A stretch of 64,000 nt of DNA, taken from assembly GCA_951406725.2 (NCBI GenBank), contig OX597816.1:169446001-169510000 (forward strand), read 5' to 3'. Below the pieces are notes generated by a model. The model saw nothing but the letters and a program-made list of their open reading frames with translations, had not been told where the DNA came from and did no database searches. Source of the stretch: Octopus vulgaris. Taxonomy: Eukaryota. Of the stretch, positions 43,301 to 57,322 are shown piece by piece (the first letter of the stretch is position 1; the number at the start of each line of letters is the position of its first letter). Position numbers and translations under genes: made by a program.

Positions 43301-43951
43301 TATATATTAGATTGAACTGAACGTAAGGTTTTGGTTAAACACATATATGCCCATGTCCTGTATAAAATTTTATTCCGTGAAATTTCATTTCACCTCACTA
43401 TTCACTTCTCTGTGAATATTTTTACACGAAAGGATAAATTAGGAAGTCCATAACGATTCGTATTAATTTCATTCAGTCCGTTTCACTATCTTGTTTCATT
43501 CGTAGGTCGTACCAATCAGTAATCGTGTTGTAACCTCGAGGTAGTATCTATCAATTATTATTCAAATTTTATTGAAGCTGGCTGACGAAACTAGTCAGAA
43601 GACCGACTGCAATCTACATGGCATATCTCAGCCCCCCAAAAATTATTTTTTACATAATTTGTTTTATTTGTATGACATTTTCCTAGTTGCCTAAGTCTGT
43701 TCTATAGTTATCAGGTAGAATAATTTTGTAATTGTGAATGCTCTAACATAGTCACCAATATTTACCGAAACCTTGGTGATTATGTGCCATATTAGACTGG
43801 CTGGAATGTGTTACATTCAGCATATGCATGTCTAAGCCATACATGTATGTAAGTATGTATGTATGTATGTATGTGTGTATGTGTGTATGTATGTATGTAT
43901 GTATGTATGTATGTATGTATGTATGAAGAGCAGATTCTTTTAAAACACGAC

Positions 43952-44161
43952 CTCTTTACTCTCTTTTACTCTTTTACTTGTTTCAGTCATTTGACTGCGG
44001 CCATGCTGGAGCACCGCCTTTAGTCGAGCAAATCGACCCCGGGACTTATTCTTTGTAAGCCCAGTACTTATTCTATCGGTCACTTTTGCCGAACCGCTAA
44101 GTGACGGGGACGTAAACACACCAGCATCGGTTGTCAAGCAATGCTAGGGGGTCAAACACAA

Positions 44162-44196
<35 letters not shown>

Positions 44197-44371
44197 CATA
44201 CATATATACGACTGGCTTCTTTCAGTTTGCGTCTACCAAATCCACTCACAAGGCATTGGTCGGCCCGGGGCTATAGCAGAAGACACTTGCCCAAGATGCC
44301 ACGCAGTGGGACTGTACCCGAAACCATGTGGTTGGTAAGCAAGCTACTTACCACACAGCCACTCCTGCGCC
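43952..44371 (-). mobile_element. SINE family A
   Basis: Full-length reverse complement of family A. Confidence 0.88.
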
Positions 44372-45029
44372 TACCGTTTATTTTTCTTATTAAAGTTTTC
44401 TCTTATCTGCGTATCAGAGCCTAATCTCCTAAATTTATCTTCATCATGGTATCAATATTTGTGTATCTGTGTGTGAAAGAGAGAGAGAGCGAGAATGTGT
44501 GCATGCGCGCGCATGTGTATATGTGTGTGTTAGTCTACAGCAACTGATTTTCAGTCGACTGATGGTGTGGGATCTCGTTTAAACCAGATAAATTACGATA
44601 AGGAACTTTGAATTCCTGTGGCTTCTAGTGTAGTTCACTGTGTGACCACAGGTGGTGGTGGTGGTGGTGTGTGTACCATGTGTTTACATGCATTATTTAC
44701 ACTGAACGACGAGCTGGCAGAATCATTAGCACGCCGGGTAAAATGCTGAGCGATAATTCGTATCTTTACGTTCTGATTTCAAATTCCGCCGAGGTCGACT
44801 TTGCCTTTGATCTTTTCGGGATCGATGAAGTAAGTACCAGTCAAGTACTGTGGTCAGTGTGATTGACTATCCCCCCTCCCCACAAATTCCAGGCCTTCTA
44901 CTTATAGTAGTAAGGATTATTGACGCTGAACTTGTATCAATATCAACAGTTTGAAAGATTTTTCTGCTTATTTAGCTCAAAAATACCCTTAGCAATGGAT
45001 ACTATAAATAATAGAACTTAAAGCATCGT

Positions 45030-46800
45030 TGACAGTGTCAAACGTAATCACCAATACATCAATTCAAGATAAAGTAGAACTGTTTAGGCACTTAAACTGT
45101 GTGATATCTATCGCATTAGTTTATTTTTACTGTTATGATATTAAGAGGCAAAAGGACAAAATATTGAAGTCTTGCGCAAACAGTGAGTCGAAACGGCAAA
45201 TCACCATTAGAAAAACTATGCAACATGGTAAGAGCACTAATCATGGTAAGAGTGATGATGGAATGGTTTCGACTTGTTCGATAAAATGATAATGCTATCT
45301 GTCAAGTCCACTTCATTGAGAACCCAAATTAAAATATGAGTGAACTTACAGTGAAAGACGTTTTCAAAATTTCGAATGCTGTGGAATGACCACGCATAAA
45401 GAATAAAGGGCGCAGAAAAACAGTATGCAAGCACGAAGCAGTAGCAAAGTATGTTGATGAATCTGCGAAACTTGTAGCTGATGAAGATCTCACCTCTAGG
45501 CTCGCGTATGATGCTACAAAAAACTGCATTATATTAGTGGAAACATTATATTAGCGTTGTATACATTCATACCTAAGAAAATTTTAACATTGAATTACGA
45601 AAAAGAAACTACAAGATTTAAAAAATCTACAGGCATAGTTGCCGTCTTAGGGTGCTCAAATGCATTAGGTAAGCACAGATGTAAGATGTTGGTAGTAAAA
45701 AGAATTAGATTCTGCAGTGATTGAAAGATGCTAAAATTTACCCGGTAAGATACCGTGCAAATAAAAATACCCGGGTTATAGCCGATATTATGCAGGAATA
45801 ATTTTTAACCCTTTAGTATTTAAATCGGCCATATCCGGCCAAAATATTTAATCTGTTTTATGTTCAAACTGACCAGATCCAGGCTGTCACACCAACCCTA
45901 CAATGTTATTCTACATTAGGTAATTACACCATCAAGATCTTGAAGATATGAGATAATGCATGATTAATTCAAATCAATGTGAACCAATAAGCATTATGTT
46001 TGATAGAATAATCTGAACACTAAAGAGTTAAATATTTTTTGTGCCAACAGCCAGAGAACGTTGTATTTCTGTAGGCCATCAGCAATCCACAAATTTCTTC
46101 TTCTTTTGGACAACTGCTCAGCACACACTAAAGATGAACTCCTGCGTAAGAAAAGTATTTACCAGTCAACTGTACGTCATTTATTCAACCCCGAGGCCAA
46201 GTAATATTGCGTTCTCTAAAGAATAAATATCGCTCACTTTTCATGAAATATATGTTAGATGTAATGAATATTGGTAAATCTGCACCAATGTTTATCAATG
46301 AATTCAACATGAAAGGTGTCCTTTGGTACATTGCTAGGAAATGGAGGAAGGTGGAAGCATCGGCGTTTAAGAGAGGTTGGCATAAGTTATGGACTGCATT
46401 GATATTTGATAATGTAACAGGTGAAAATATTGAGAAAGATTTCACAGGATTTCCTGTATCAAAGGAAAAAGATGTTCATGAGTTGTTTGACTATATAAAA
46501 AATAAGTGTCACAGAACCTGTTGCCAAAGAAATGGAAAATTATGTTGATAAAGATTTAACCAGAGACACTGTTCTGAAAGCTGATAAAGATTAAAAAAAA
46601 AAACATGATGAAGATGACGTAAATATCGCTGAAAGACTTTCCATTGACAAATTAATCGAGTTATCTTCGTTACGCAACAAAACCTAAGGAATATACATTA
46701 GATGCTTGAAAAATTACACCGTGTAAAACCAAAGAAAACGTAAAAATGTTACTTTCTTAGATGAGATGTTTGAAAAGACAGCCAGGCAGAATCATGCCCT
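45030..46800 (+). pseudogene. pogo/Tigger-like transposase remnant
   Basis: SIQDKVELF (psq-HTH-like), LDNCSAH at about 46105 and FNMKGVLWYIARKWRKVEASAFKRGWHKLW; heavily degraded. Confidence 0.7.
45809..46027. mobile_element. piggyBac-type MITE nested in the Tigger remnant
   Basis: TTAA|CCCTTTAGTATTTAAAT...ATCTGAACACTAAAGAG|TTAA. Confidence 0.75.
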
Positions 46801-47095
46801 GCGAATACAACTTCCCTCACGCAATATTCTAATGAACTCCAAATTTCCAGGCTTTTGTCATTAAATCAATTAAAATTCAAAAATTAGCTGTATAGAAGCA
46901 GTAATGTTGCAGCATCCTTTGTAAGTACATTAATCAATATCGATATACTACATATAAAGTAAATATATTATATAGTATATATATTATATGGTATATATAT
47001 CATATAGTATATATATAGTATATATATAATATAAGGCACAATTAGTCATATTTCAAATAGTTAATTTATGTTTAATACCCAGTATTTGTTTAATT

Positions 47096-50000
47096 TAGCA
47101 GTCCATGGTACTGTTCTATCAGTCCATGGTACTGTTCTAGTAGTCCATGGAACTGTTCTAGCAGTCCAAGGTACTGTTCTAGAAATCCTTGGTACTGTTC
47201 TAGTAGTCCATGGAACTGTTCTAGCAGTCCATGGTACTGTTCTAGCAATTCATGGTACTGCTCTAGCAGTCCATGGTACTGTTCTAGCAATCCATGGTAC
47301 TGTTCTAGCAGTCCATGGTACTGTTCTAGCAGTCCATGGTAATGTTCTAGTAGTCCATGGAACTGTTCTAGCAGTCCATGGTACTGTTCTAGGAGTCCAT
47401 GGTACTGTTCTAACAGTCCATGGTACTGTTCTAGTAGTCCATGGTACTGTTCTAGCAATCCATGGTACTGTTCTAGCAGTCAATGGTACTGTTCTAGCAG
47501 TCCATGGTACTGTTCTTGTAGTCCAAGGAAATGTTCTAGTAGTCCATGGTACTGTTCTAGCAATCCATGGTACTGTTCTAGTAGTCTATGGAACTGTTCT
47601 AGTAGTCCATGGTACTGTTCTAGCAATCCATGGAACTGTTCTAGCAGTCCATGGTACTGTTCTAGCAATCCATGGTATTGTTCTAGCAGTACATGGTATT
47701 GTTCTAGTAGTCCATGGAACGGTTCTAGCAGTCCATGGTACTCTTCTAGCAATCCATGGTACTGTTCTAGCAATCCATGGAACTGTTCTAGCAGTCCATG
47801 GTACTGTTCTAGCAATCCATGGTACAGTTCTAACAGTCCATGGTACTGTTCTAGCAGTACATGGTAATGTCCTAGAAGTCCATGGAACTGTTCTAGCAGT
47901 CCATGGTACGGTTCTAGCAATCCATGGTACTGTTCTAGCAATCCATGGTACTGTTCTAGCAGTCCATGGTACTGTTCTAGCAATCCATGGTACTGTTCTA
48001 GTAGTCCATGGAACTGTTCTAGCAGTCCATGGTACTGTTCTAGCAATCCATGGAACTGTTCTAGCAGTCCATGGTACTGTTCTAGCAGTCGATGATACTG
48101 TTCTAGCAATCCATGGTACTGTTCTAGAAGTCCATGGTACTGTTCTAGCAGTCCATGGTACTGTTCTAGTAGTCCATGGAACAGTTCTAGTAGTCCATGG
48201 TACTGTTCTAGCAATCCATGGTACTGTTCTAGCCGTCCATGGTCCTTTTCTAGCAATCCATGGAACTGTTCTAGCAGTCCATGGTACTGTTCTAGCAATC
48301 CATGGTACTGTTCTAGCAGTCCATGGTACTGTTCTAGCAGTCCATGGTAATGTTCTAGTAGTCCATGGAACTGTTCTAGCAGTCCACGGTACTGTTCTAA
48401 CAGTCCATGGTACTGTTCTAGCAGTCCATGGTATTGTTCTAGCAGTCCATGGTACTGTTCTAGTAGTCCATGGTACTGTTTTAACCGCCCATGGTACTGT
48501 TCTAGCAATCCATGGAACTGTTCTAGCAGTCCTTGTTACTTTTCTAGCAATCCATGGTACTGTTCTAGCAGTCCACGGTACTGTTCTAGCAGTCCATGGT
48601 AACGTTCTAGTAGTCCATGGAACTGTTCTAGCAGTATATGGTACTTACATAGCAGTCCATGGTACTGTTCTAACAGTCCATGGTACTGTTCTAGCAATCC
48701 ATGGTACTGTTCTAGCAGTCCATGGTACTGTTCTAGCAGTCCATGGTAATGTTCTAGTAGTCCATGGAACTGTTCTAGCAGTCCATGGTACTGTTCTAGT
48801 AGTCCATGGAACTGTTCTAGCAGTCCATGGTTCTGTTTTAGTAGTCCATGGTACTGTTCTAGCAATCCATGGAACTGTTCTAGCAGTCCATAGTACTGTT
48901 CTAGCAGTCCATGGTACTGTTCTAGTAGTCCATGGTACTGTTCTAACAGCCCATGGTACTGTTTTAGTAGTCCATGTAACTGTTCTAGCAATCCATGCTA
49001 CTGTTCTAGCAGTCCATGGTACTGTTCTAGCAGTCCATGGTAATGACTAGCAACCCATGGTACTGTTCTAGCAGTCCATGGTACTGTTCTAGCAGTCCAT
49101 GGTACTGTTCTAGTAGTCCATGGAACTGTTCTAGTAGTCCATGGTACTGTTCTAGCAATCCATGTTACTGTTCTAGTAGTCCATGGAACTGTTCTATCCG
49201 TCCATGGTACTGTTCTAGCAATCCATGGAACTGTTCTTGCAGTCCATGTTACTGTTCTAGCAATCCATGGTACTGTTCTAGCAGTCCATGGTACTGTCCT
49301 AGAAGTCCATGGTAATGTTCTAGTAGTCGATGGAACTGTTCTAGCAGTCCATGGTACTGTTCTAACAGTCCATGGAACTGTTCTAGCAGTCCATGGTATT
49401 GTTCTAGCAGTCCATGGTACTGTTCTAGTAGTCCATGGTACTGTTCTAACAGCCCATGGTACAGTTTTAGTATTCCATGGTACTGTTCTAGCAATCCATG
49501 GTACTGTTCTAGTAGTCCATGGAACTGTTCTAGCCGTCCATGGTACTGTTCTAGCAATCCATGGAACTGTTCTAGCAGTCCATGTTACTGTTCTAGCAAT
49601 CCATGGTACGGTTGTAGCAGTCCAAGGTACTGTTCTAGCAGTCCATGGTAATGTTCTAGTAGTTCATGGAACTGTTCTAGCAGTCCAAGTTACTGTTCTA
49701 GCAGTCCATGGTACTGTTCTAACAGTCCATGGTACTGTTCTAGCAGTCCATGGTACTGTTCTAGCAATCTATGTTACTGTTCTAGTAGTCCATGGTACTG
49801 TTCTAACAGCCCATGGTACTGTTTTAGTAGTCCATGTAACTGTTCTAGCAATCCATGCTACTGTTCTAGCAGTCCATGGAACTGTTCTAGCAGTCCATGG
49901 TACTGTTCTAGCAATCCATGGTACTGTTCTAGCAATCCATGGTACTGTTATAGCAGTAACTGATACTGTTCTAGCAATCCATGGTACTGTTCTACCAGTC

Positions 50001-53000
50001 CATGGTACTGTTCTAGCAGTACATGGAATTGTTCTAGTAGTCCATGGAACTGTTCTAACAGTCCATGGTACTGTTCTAGTAGTCCATGGTACTGGTCTAG
50101 CAATCCATGGTACTGTTCTAGCAGTCAATGGTACTGTTCTAGCAGTCAATGGTACTGTTCTTGTAGTCCAAGGAACTGTTCCAGTAGTCGATGGTACTGT
50201 TCTAGCAATCCATGGTACTGTTCTAGTAGTCTATGGAACTGTTCTAGCAGTCCATGGTACTGTTCTAGCAATCCACGGAACTGTTCTAGCAGTCCATGGT
50301 ACTGTTCTAGCAATCCATGGTATTGTTCTAGCAGTACATGGTATTGTTCTAGTAGTCCATGGAACTGTTCTAGCAGTCCATGGTACTCTTCTAGCAATCC
50401 ATGGAACTGTTCAAGCAATCCATGGAACTGTTCTAGCAGTCCATGGTACTGTTCTAGCAATCCATGGTACTGTTCTAACAGTCCATGGTACTGTTCTAGC
50501 AGTACATGGTATTGTTCTAGTAGTTCATGGAACAGTTCTAGTAGTCCATGGTACTGTTCTAGCAATCCATGGTACTGTTCTAGCCGTCCATGGTACTTTT
50601 CTAGCAATCCATGGAACTGTTCTAGCAGTCCATGGTACTGTTCTAGCAATCCATGGTACTGTTCTTGCAGTCCATGGTACTGTTCTAGCAGTCCATGGTA
50701 ATGTTCTAGTAGTCCATGGAACTGTTCTAGCAGTCCACGGTACTGTTCTAACAGTCCATGGTACTGTTCTAGCAGTCCATATTATTGTTCTAGCTGTCCA
50801 TGATACTGTTCTATTAGTCCATGGTACTGTTTTAACCGCCCATGGTACTGTTTTAGTAGTCCATGCTACTGTTCTAGCAATCCATGGTACTGTTCTAGTA
50901 GTCCATGGAACTGTTCTAGCCGTCCATGGTACTGTTCTAGCAATCCATGGAACTGTTCTAGCAGTCCATGTTACTTTTCTAGCAATCCATGGTACTGTTC
51001 TAGCAGTCCACGGTACTGTTCTAGCAGTCCATGGTAACGTTCTAGTAGTCCATGGAACTGTTCTAGCTGTATATGGTACTTACATAGCAGTCCATGGTAC
51101 TGTTCTAACAGTCCATGGTACTGTTCTAGCAATCCATGGTACTGTTCTGCAGTCCATGGTACTGTTCTAGCAGTCCATGGTAATGTTTCTAGTAGTCCAT
51201 GGAACTGTTCTAGCAGTCCATGGTACTGTTCTAGTAGTCCATGGAACTGTTCTAGCAATCCATGGTACTGTTCTAGCAGTCCATGGTACTGTTCTAGCAG
51301 TCCATGGTAATGTTCTAGTAGTCCATGGAACTGTTCTAGCAGTCCATGGTACTGTTCTAGTAGTCCATGGTACTGTTCTAGCAGTCCATGGTACTGTTTT
51401 AGTAGTCCATGTAACTGTTCTAGCAATCCATGCTACTGTTCTAGCAGTCCATGGTACTGTTCTAGCAGTCCATGGTACTGTTCTAGCAATCCATGGTACT
51501 GTTCTAGCAGTCCATGGTACTGTTCTAGCAGTCCATGGTACTGTTCTAGTAGTCCATGCAACTGTTCTAGTAGTCCATGGTACTGTTCTAGCAATCCATG
51601 TTACTGTTCTAGTAGTCCATGGAACTGTTCTATCCGTCCATGGTACTGTTCTAGCAATCCATGGAACTGTTCTTGCAGTCCATGTTACTGTTCTAGCAAT
51701 CCATGGTACTGTTCTAGCAGTCTATGGTACTGTCCTAGAAGTCCATGGTAATGTTCTAGTAGTCGATGGAACTGTTCTAGCAGTCCATGGTACTGTTCTA
51801 ACAGTCCATGGTACTGTTCTAGCAGTCCATGGTATTGTTCTAGCAGTCCATGGTACTGTACTAGTAGTCCATGGTACTGTTCTAACAGCCCATGGTACAG
51901 TTTTAGTAGTCCATGGTACTGTTCTAGCAATCCATGGTACTGTTGTAGTAGTCTATGGAACTGTTCTAGCCGTCCATGGTACTGTTCTAGCAATCCATGG
52001 AACTGTTCTAGCAGTCCATGTTACTGTTCTAGCAATCCATGGTACGGTTGTAGCAGTCCATGGTACTGTTCTAGCAGTCCATGGTAATGTTCTAGTAGTT
52101 CATGGAACTGTTCTAGCAGTCCATGTTACTGTTCTAGCAGTCCATGGTACTGTTCTAACAGTCCATGGTACTGTTCTAGCAGTCCATGGTACTGTTCTAG
52201 CAATCTATGTTACTGTTCTAGTAGTCCATGGTACTGTTCTGACAGCCCATGGTACTGTTTTAGTAGTCCATGTAACTGTTCTAGCAATCCATGCTACTGT
52301 TCTAGCAGTCCATGGAACTGTTCTAGCAGTCCATGGTACTGTTCTAGCAATCCATGGTACTGTTCTAGTAGTCCATGGTACTGTTATAACAGCCCATGGT
52401 ACTGTTTTAGTAGTCCATGGAACTGTTCTAGCAGTCCATGGTACTGTTCTAGCAATCCATGGAACTGTTCTAGTAGTCCATGGAACTGTTCTAGCAGTCC
52501 ATGGAACTGTTCTAGTAGTCCAGGAACTGTTCTAGCAGTCCATGGAACTGTTCTAGTAGTCCATGGAACTGTTCTAGCAGTCCATGGTACTGTTCTAACA
52601 GTCCATGGTACTGTTCTAGCAGTCCATGGTACTGTTCTAGCAGTCCATGGTACTGTTGTAGCAGTCCATGGTACTGTTCTAGCAGTCCATGGTAATGTTC
52701 TAGTAGTTCATGGAAGTGTTCTAGCAGTCCATGGTACTGTTCTAGCAGTCCATGGTACTGTTCTAACAGTCCATGGTACTCTTCTAGCAGTCCATGGTAC
52801 TGTTCTAGCAGTCCATGGAACTGTTCTAGTAGTCCATGGTATTGTTCTAGCAGTCCATGGTACTGATCTAACAGTCCATGGTACTGTTCTAGCAGTCCAT
52901 GGAACTCTTCTAGTAGTCCATGGTATTGTTCTAGCAGTCCATGGTACTGTTCTAACAGCCCATGGTACTGTTCTAGCAGTCCATGGAACTGTTCTAGTAG

Positions 53001-53076
53001 TCCATGGTACTGTTCTAGCAGTCCATGGTACTGTTCTAACAGTCCATGGTACTGTTCTAGTAGTCCATGGTACTGT
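47096..53076 (+). repeat. 21-bp tandem satellite, about 285 units, consensus GCAGTCCATGGTACTGTTCTA
   Basis: Directly visible. Translates as (AVHGTVL)n on + and (LLEQYHG)n on -. Confidence 0.97.
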
Positions 53077-53213
53077 AAACGCATGTTGGGTGTATAATTA
53101 GTAGGTAATTAGTGAGGTTTACTATCAAATATCTTGCCGTCGCAGACCGAAACCAATCCTATTCATTATATATTATTGTTCGCACACGCACACACTCACA
53201 CACACACAAGCTC

Positions 53214-53259
<46 letters not shown>

Positions 53260-53263
53260 ATGT

Positions 53264-53306
<43 letters not shown>

Positions 53307-53660
53307 GTATGTATGTATGTATGTATGTATGTATGTATGTATATATATGTGTATATATAAATATATATATATATAAATATTTATAAACATATATATATAT
53401 GCACACACACACTTCTATACAAACCTCTTGATATATACCCTTCTATACAAACTCTCCCTTTCCTCCGTCAATTTTATACACATAGACAGACTCAGGTGAG
53501 AGTGCGTAGTAAGAAGTTTGCTTCCCAATCACATGGTTCTGGGTTCAATCCCATTGCATGTCACCTTGGGCAAGTGATTTCTACAATATTTCCGGGCCAA
53601 CCAAAGCCTTCTGAGCGGTTTTAGTTGACTGAAACTGAAAGAGCCCGTCGTATGATTGTG

Positions 53661-53703
<43 letters not shown>

Positions 53704-54022
53704 AGACACACACAGACACACACGCGCGCGCGCACACACACACACAGGAGTTCAAAGTTTGATAATTTTCAGAAACAGCGCATTCGCTACCTCTTCCATC
53801 TAATGTCTTAAACTGCAGACAGTACGTAAATTTTCACTTCGAATTGTTGCGTAAACTGGGGTCGCAAATAGAATTGGTATCGAAACAATAGTATCGAATC
53901 ATTGAAGATGTGTTAAAGAATTTTCTTTGTCTTATCATTTGGATAATATATGTATACATGCATACGTACATACATACATACATACATACATACATACATA
54001 CATACATACATACATACATACA

Positions 54023-54245
54023 TGATGGCTGCCCCCTCGTTATCGAGTATGGCCATTGCACGAAGCTTAGCTGTTACTGGTGCTGTGATCGAATGTGACT
54101 CTTTAGCCCAGCTAAAGATCTAGAATGTCTTGTTCAGAATTGGCAACTAAAACCTTTACCGGTAATAGCCGGCTGTAGTTGTACCTTTGCATGTCGTTTA
54201 AGTCCTCCTGCCGAATTACACTCTCTTCCACATGCCTGACAGATA
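54023..54245 (-). pseudogene. RTE-type LINE 3' end (C2H2 finger, UTR, (ATGT)n tail)
   Basis: Minus strand reads HICQACGRECNSAGGLKRHAKV, then a UTR ending GGCAGCCATC(ATGT)n. Confidence 0.7.
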
Positions 54246-54422
54246 TGTCTATGTGTATAAAATTGACGGAGGAAAAGGGAGAGTTTGTATAGAAGGGTAT
54301 ATATTAAGAGGTTTGTATAGAAGTGTGTGTGTGCATATATATATATGTTTATAAATATTTATATATATATATATATATATTTATATATACACATATATAT
54401 ACATACATACATACATATATAC

Positions 54423-54458
<36 letters not shown>

Positions 54459-54459
54459 G

Positions 54460-54513
<54 letters not shown>

Positions 54514-54991
54514 GAGCTTGTGTGTGTGTGAGTGTGTGCGTGTGCGAACAATAATATATAATGAAAAGGATTGGTTTCGGTCTGCGACGGCAAGATATTT
54601 GATAGTAAACCTCACTAATTACCTACTAATTATACACCCAACATGCGTTTACAGTACCATGGACTACTAGAACAGTACCATGGACTGTTAGAACAGTACC
54701 ATGGACTGCTAGAACAGTACCATGGACTACTAGAACAGTTCCATGGACTGCTAGAACAGTACCATGGGCTGTTGGAACAGTACCATGGACTGCTAGAACA
54801 ATACCATGGACTACTAGAAGAGTTCCATGGACTGCTAGAACAGTACCATGGACTGTTAGATCAGTACCATGGACTGCTAGAACAATACCATGGACTACTA
54901 GAACAGTTCCATGGACTGCTAGAACAGTACCATGGACTGCGAGAACAATATCATGGACTACTAGAACAGTTCCATGGACTGCTAGAACAGT
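54246..54991 (-). repeat. Inverted duplicate of about 52736-53488 (16 satellite units plus flank)
   Basis: The unique flank (AAACGCATGTTGGGTG...CCGTCAATTTTATACACATAGACA) and diagnostic satellite variants (TACTGATCTA) are mirrored. Confidence 0.93.
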
Positions 54992-55285
54992 GGCCAGGTT
55001 GTCACACATCTGTCTCGCTTTATGACTAAGAAGATGACTCTTGAGTCCAGCTTTACTGAGGCAGGGTCTTGCAGAGAACTGCATGTCAGCATCGTAGGAA
55101 GACCCTTCCCATCTGGAAGTGTAACAGCGATGCCCTTCCTGACATCCCTCCTTACTTTCTCATGTGCAACTCGAGATTTCTCAAAAGTGGCTGTCCCCTC
55201 ATTTACAATCATTCTCCACCTGCTACGATCAATAGCTATGCCTTGCCGTGTGTCAGGAGAGATGCAAGCATCTCTTAAGATGCAT
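54992..55285 (-). pseudogene. RTE-type LINE C-terminal fragment
   Basis: IAIDRSRWRMIVNEGTATFEKSR and RPCLSKAGLKSHLLSHK. Confidence 0.75.
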
Positions 55286-56042
55286 GCACACATACATACA
55301 TACATACATACATACATACATACATACATACATACATACATACATACATACATACATACATACATGCATACATACATACATAAATACATACAAACATACA
55401 TACATACATACATACATACATACATACAAGCATACATACATACATACATACATACATACATGCATACATACATGCATACATACATACATAAATACATACA
55501 AGCATACATACAAGCATACATACATACATACATACATACATACATACATACATACATACAAGCATACATACATACATACATACATACATAGATACATACA
55601 TACATACATACATACATACATACCTATATATGTGTAACATTGTCCGTTTTTTTTCCGTCCTTATTTTTGCATACATTCGCTGCTTTCTTCCAAGGAATCT
55701 AATGCTCTTAGCTTTCTTTTACCTTGGAGCTGGCCAGATTGGAGCAATCTCAAGAATAACCAGCCGAAATTGCGAGGATAATCTTGTGCTTGACTGAGGA
55801 AAGAAAACTTCGAATGACTCGTCCTTGTTTTTTGTCTTTTGTATCACCTAGTTTTGATGTAGTAGAAGGCACTTGCCCAGGGTGCGCAGCAGGACGGAAT
55901 ACAGAACGATGTGACAGGGAAGTAACACACAAACACACACACACACACACATACACACGCACACACACACGCACACACACACATACACACGCACACATAT
56001 GCAAAAACATATATTCACTTCTACACACACGCACACACACAC

Positions 56043-56103
<61 letters not shown>

Positions 56104-56418
56104 GGCCATTTTTGCATTCTTACGCCTTTGAAAGCCACATTCCCTATTTCTCTCCAACATCCCACCATTTATTTTTTTTATCATGTAACAACAACGATGC
56201 TTTTCCCTGGACTATCAGCTCATTCTGCTCTTGCCTTTCTCTGGAGATTTTTCCTCTTTCTGACGAAGAGTCAAGGGTCGAAACGTCATTTCTACTCCCT
56301 TTTCTTTCCATCTAAAACCTTCACTGAGCGTTAATCTAATATATTCGCTGTGTACGTCCAATTGACTTTTGTTGCCTTTTCCTATTTTTTTTTGTTCATG
56401 GATTTTCCTATCTGTCTG

Positions 56419-56481
<63 letters not shown>

Positions 56482-56482
56482 G

Positions 56483-56573
<91 letters not shown>

Positions 56574-56574
56574 G

Positions 56575-56614
<40 letters not shown>

Positions 56615-57285
56615 ACCAGCTATATATCTATCTATCTATCTGTCTGTCTATAAATCTAAATATATATATGAGACATCGATAGATTGATAGACAGATACCA
56701 TACATAGATGAATGTACACACTGCATTGGCATAAGTAAAGCTATCTGATTTGTTCGATACCTATTTTTGGCAATCAGATACAAATAGGATATGAAAATAA
56801 AACAATCTATTCCATGGTTATATCCAAAACTTCTTTAATTAATCAACTTTTTATTACTTTAGAAATAGAAACTTCTCTTAATCATGAAGAAAATCGATAA
56901 AAACAGTAGTGTATAATAATAAGAAAAAGTTAAACCAATTAATATTATGGTGTGTGCGCGCATGCGCGTGTGTATATGTTTGTGACTGTTTCTGTGCGTG
57001 AAAAAAGAGTGCGGAGTGGGTAGAAGGAAGAAGGATAGAGAGAGAGGGGGGAGGAGAGAGGGAGAAAGAGAGAGAAAGAGGGGGCGGTAGTATTGCAGAA
57101 TTGATACAAATCGACCAAAATGTTTCATCGTATATTAAAAATCATTATTACTTTCCTCTACGTTCTGAGTTCAAATCTCAACGAGGTCGACGTTACCTTT
57201 CACCCTTCTAGGGTTCAATAAAATAGAAGTAAGGGTAAAATAATATTAGTCGAGTAATAGTAGTAATTGGATCGACTGTGTCGTA

Positions 57286-57322
57286 GCCCGCATAGCACAG
57301 TCGGTAGAGCATCAGACTTTTA
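57286..57322 (+). pseudogene. tRNA-Lys(UUU) 5' half, retroposed fragment
   Basis: GCCCGCATAGCACAGTCGGTAGAGCATCAGACTTTTA is 35/37 identical to the metazoan tRNA-Lys(UUU) 5' half as I recall it. The 3' half is absent. Confidence 0.8.

Noticed and set aside
47068-49050. 660-aa ORF (AVHGTVL)n, and the 452-aa ORF at 51177-52535, as a protein gene
   Set aside because: The consensus codons in this frame cannot reach a stop by a single substitution, so openness is expected without selection. Variants are largely non-synonymous here, frameshifts break the array, and there is no signal peptide or unique domain.
47096-53076. CRISPR-like array
   Set aside because: The units are contiguous with no unique spacers, there are no cas genes, and the context is eukaryotic.
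55633-55927. Possible solo LTR (TGT...ACA)
   Set aside because: Single copy in the window, both ends embedded in microsatellites, and no TSD, PBS or PPT visible.
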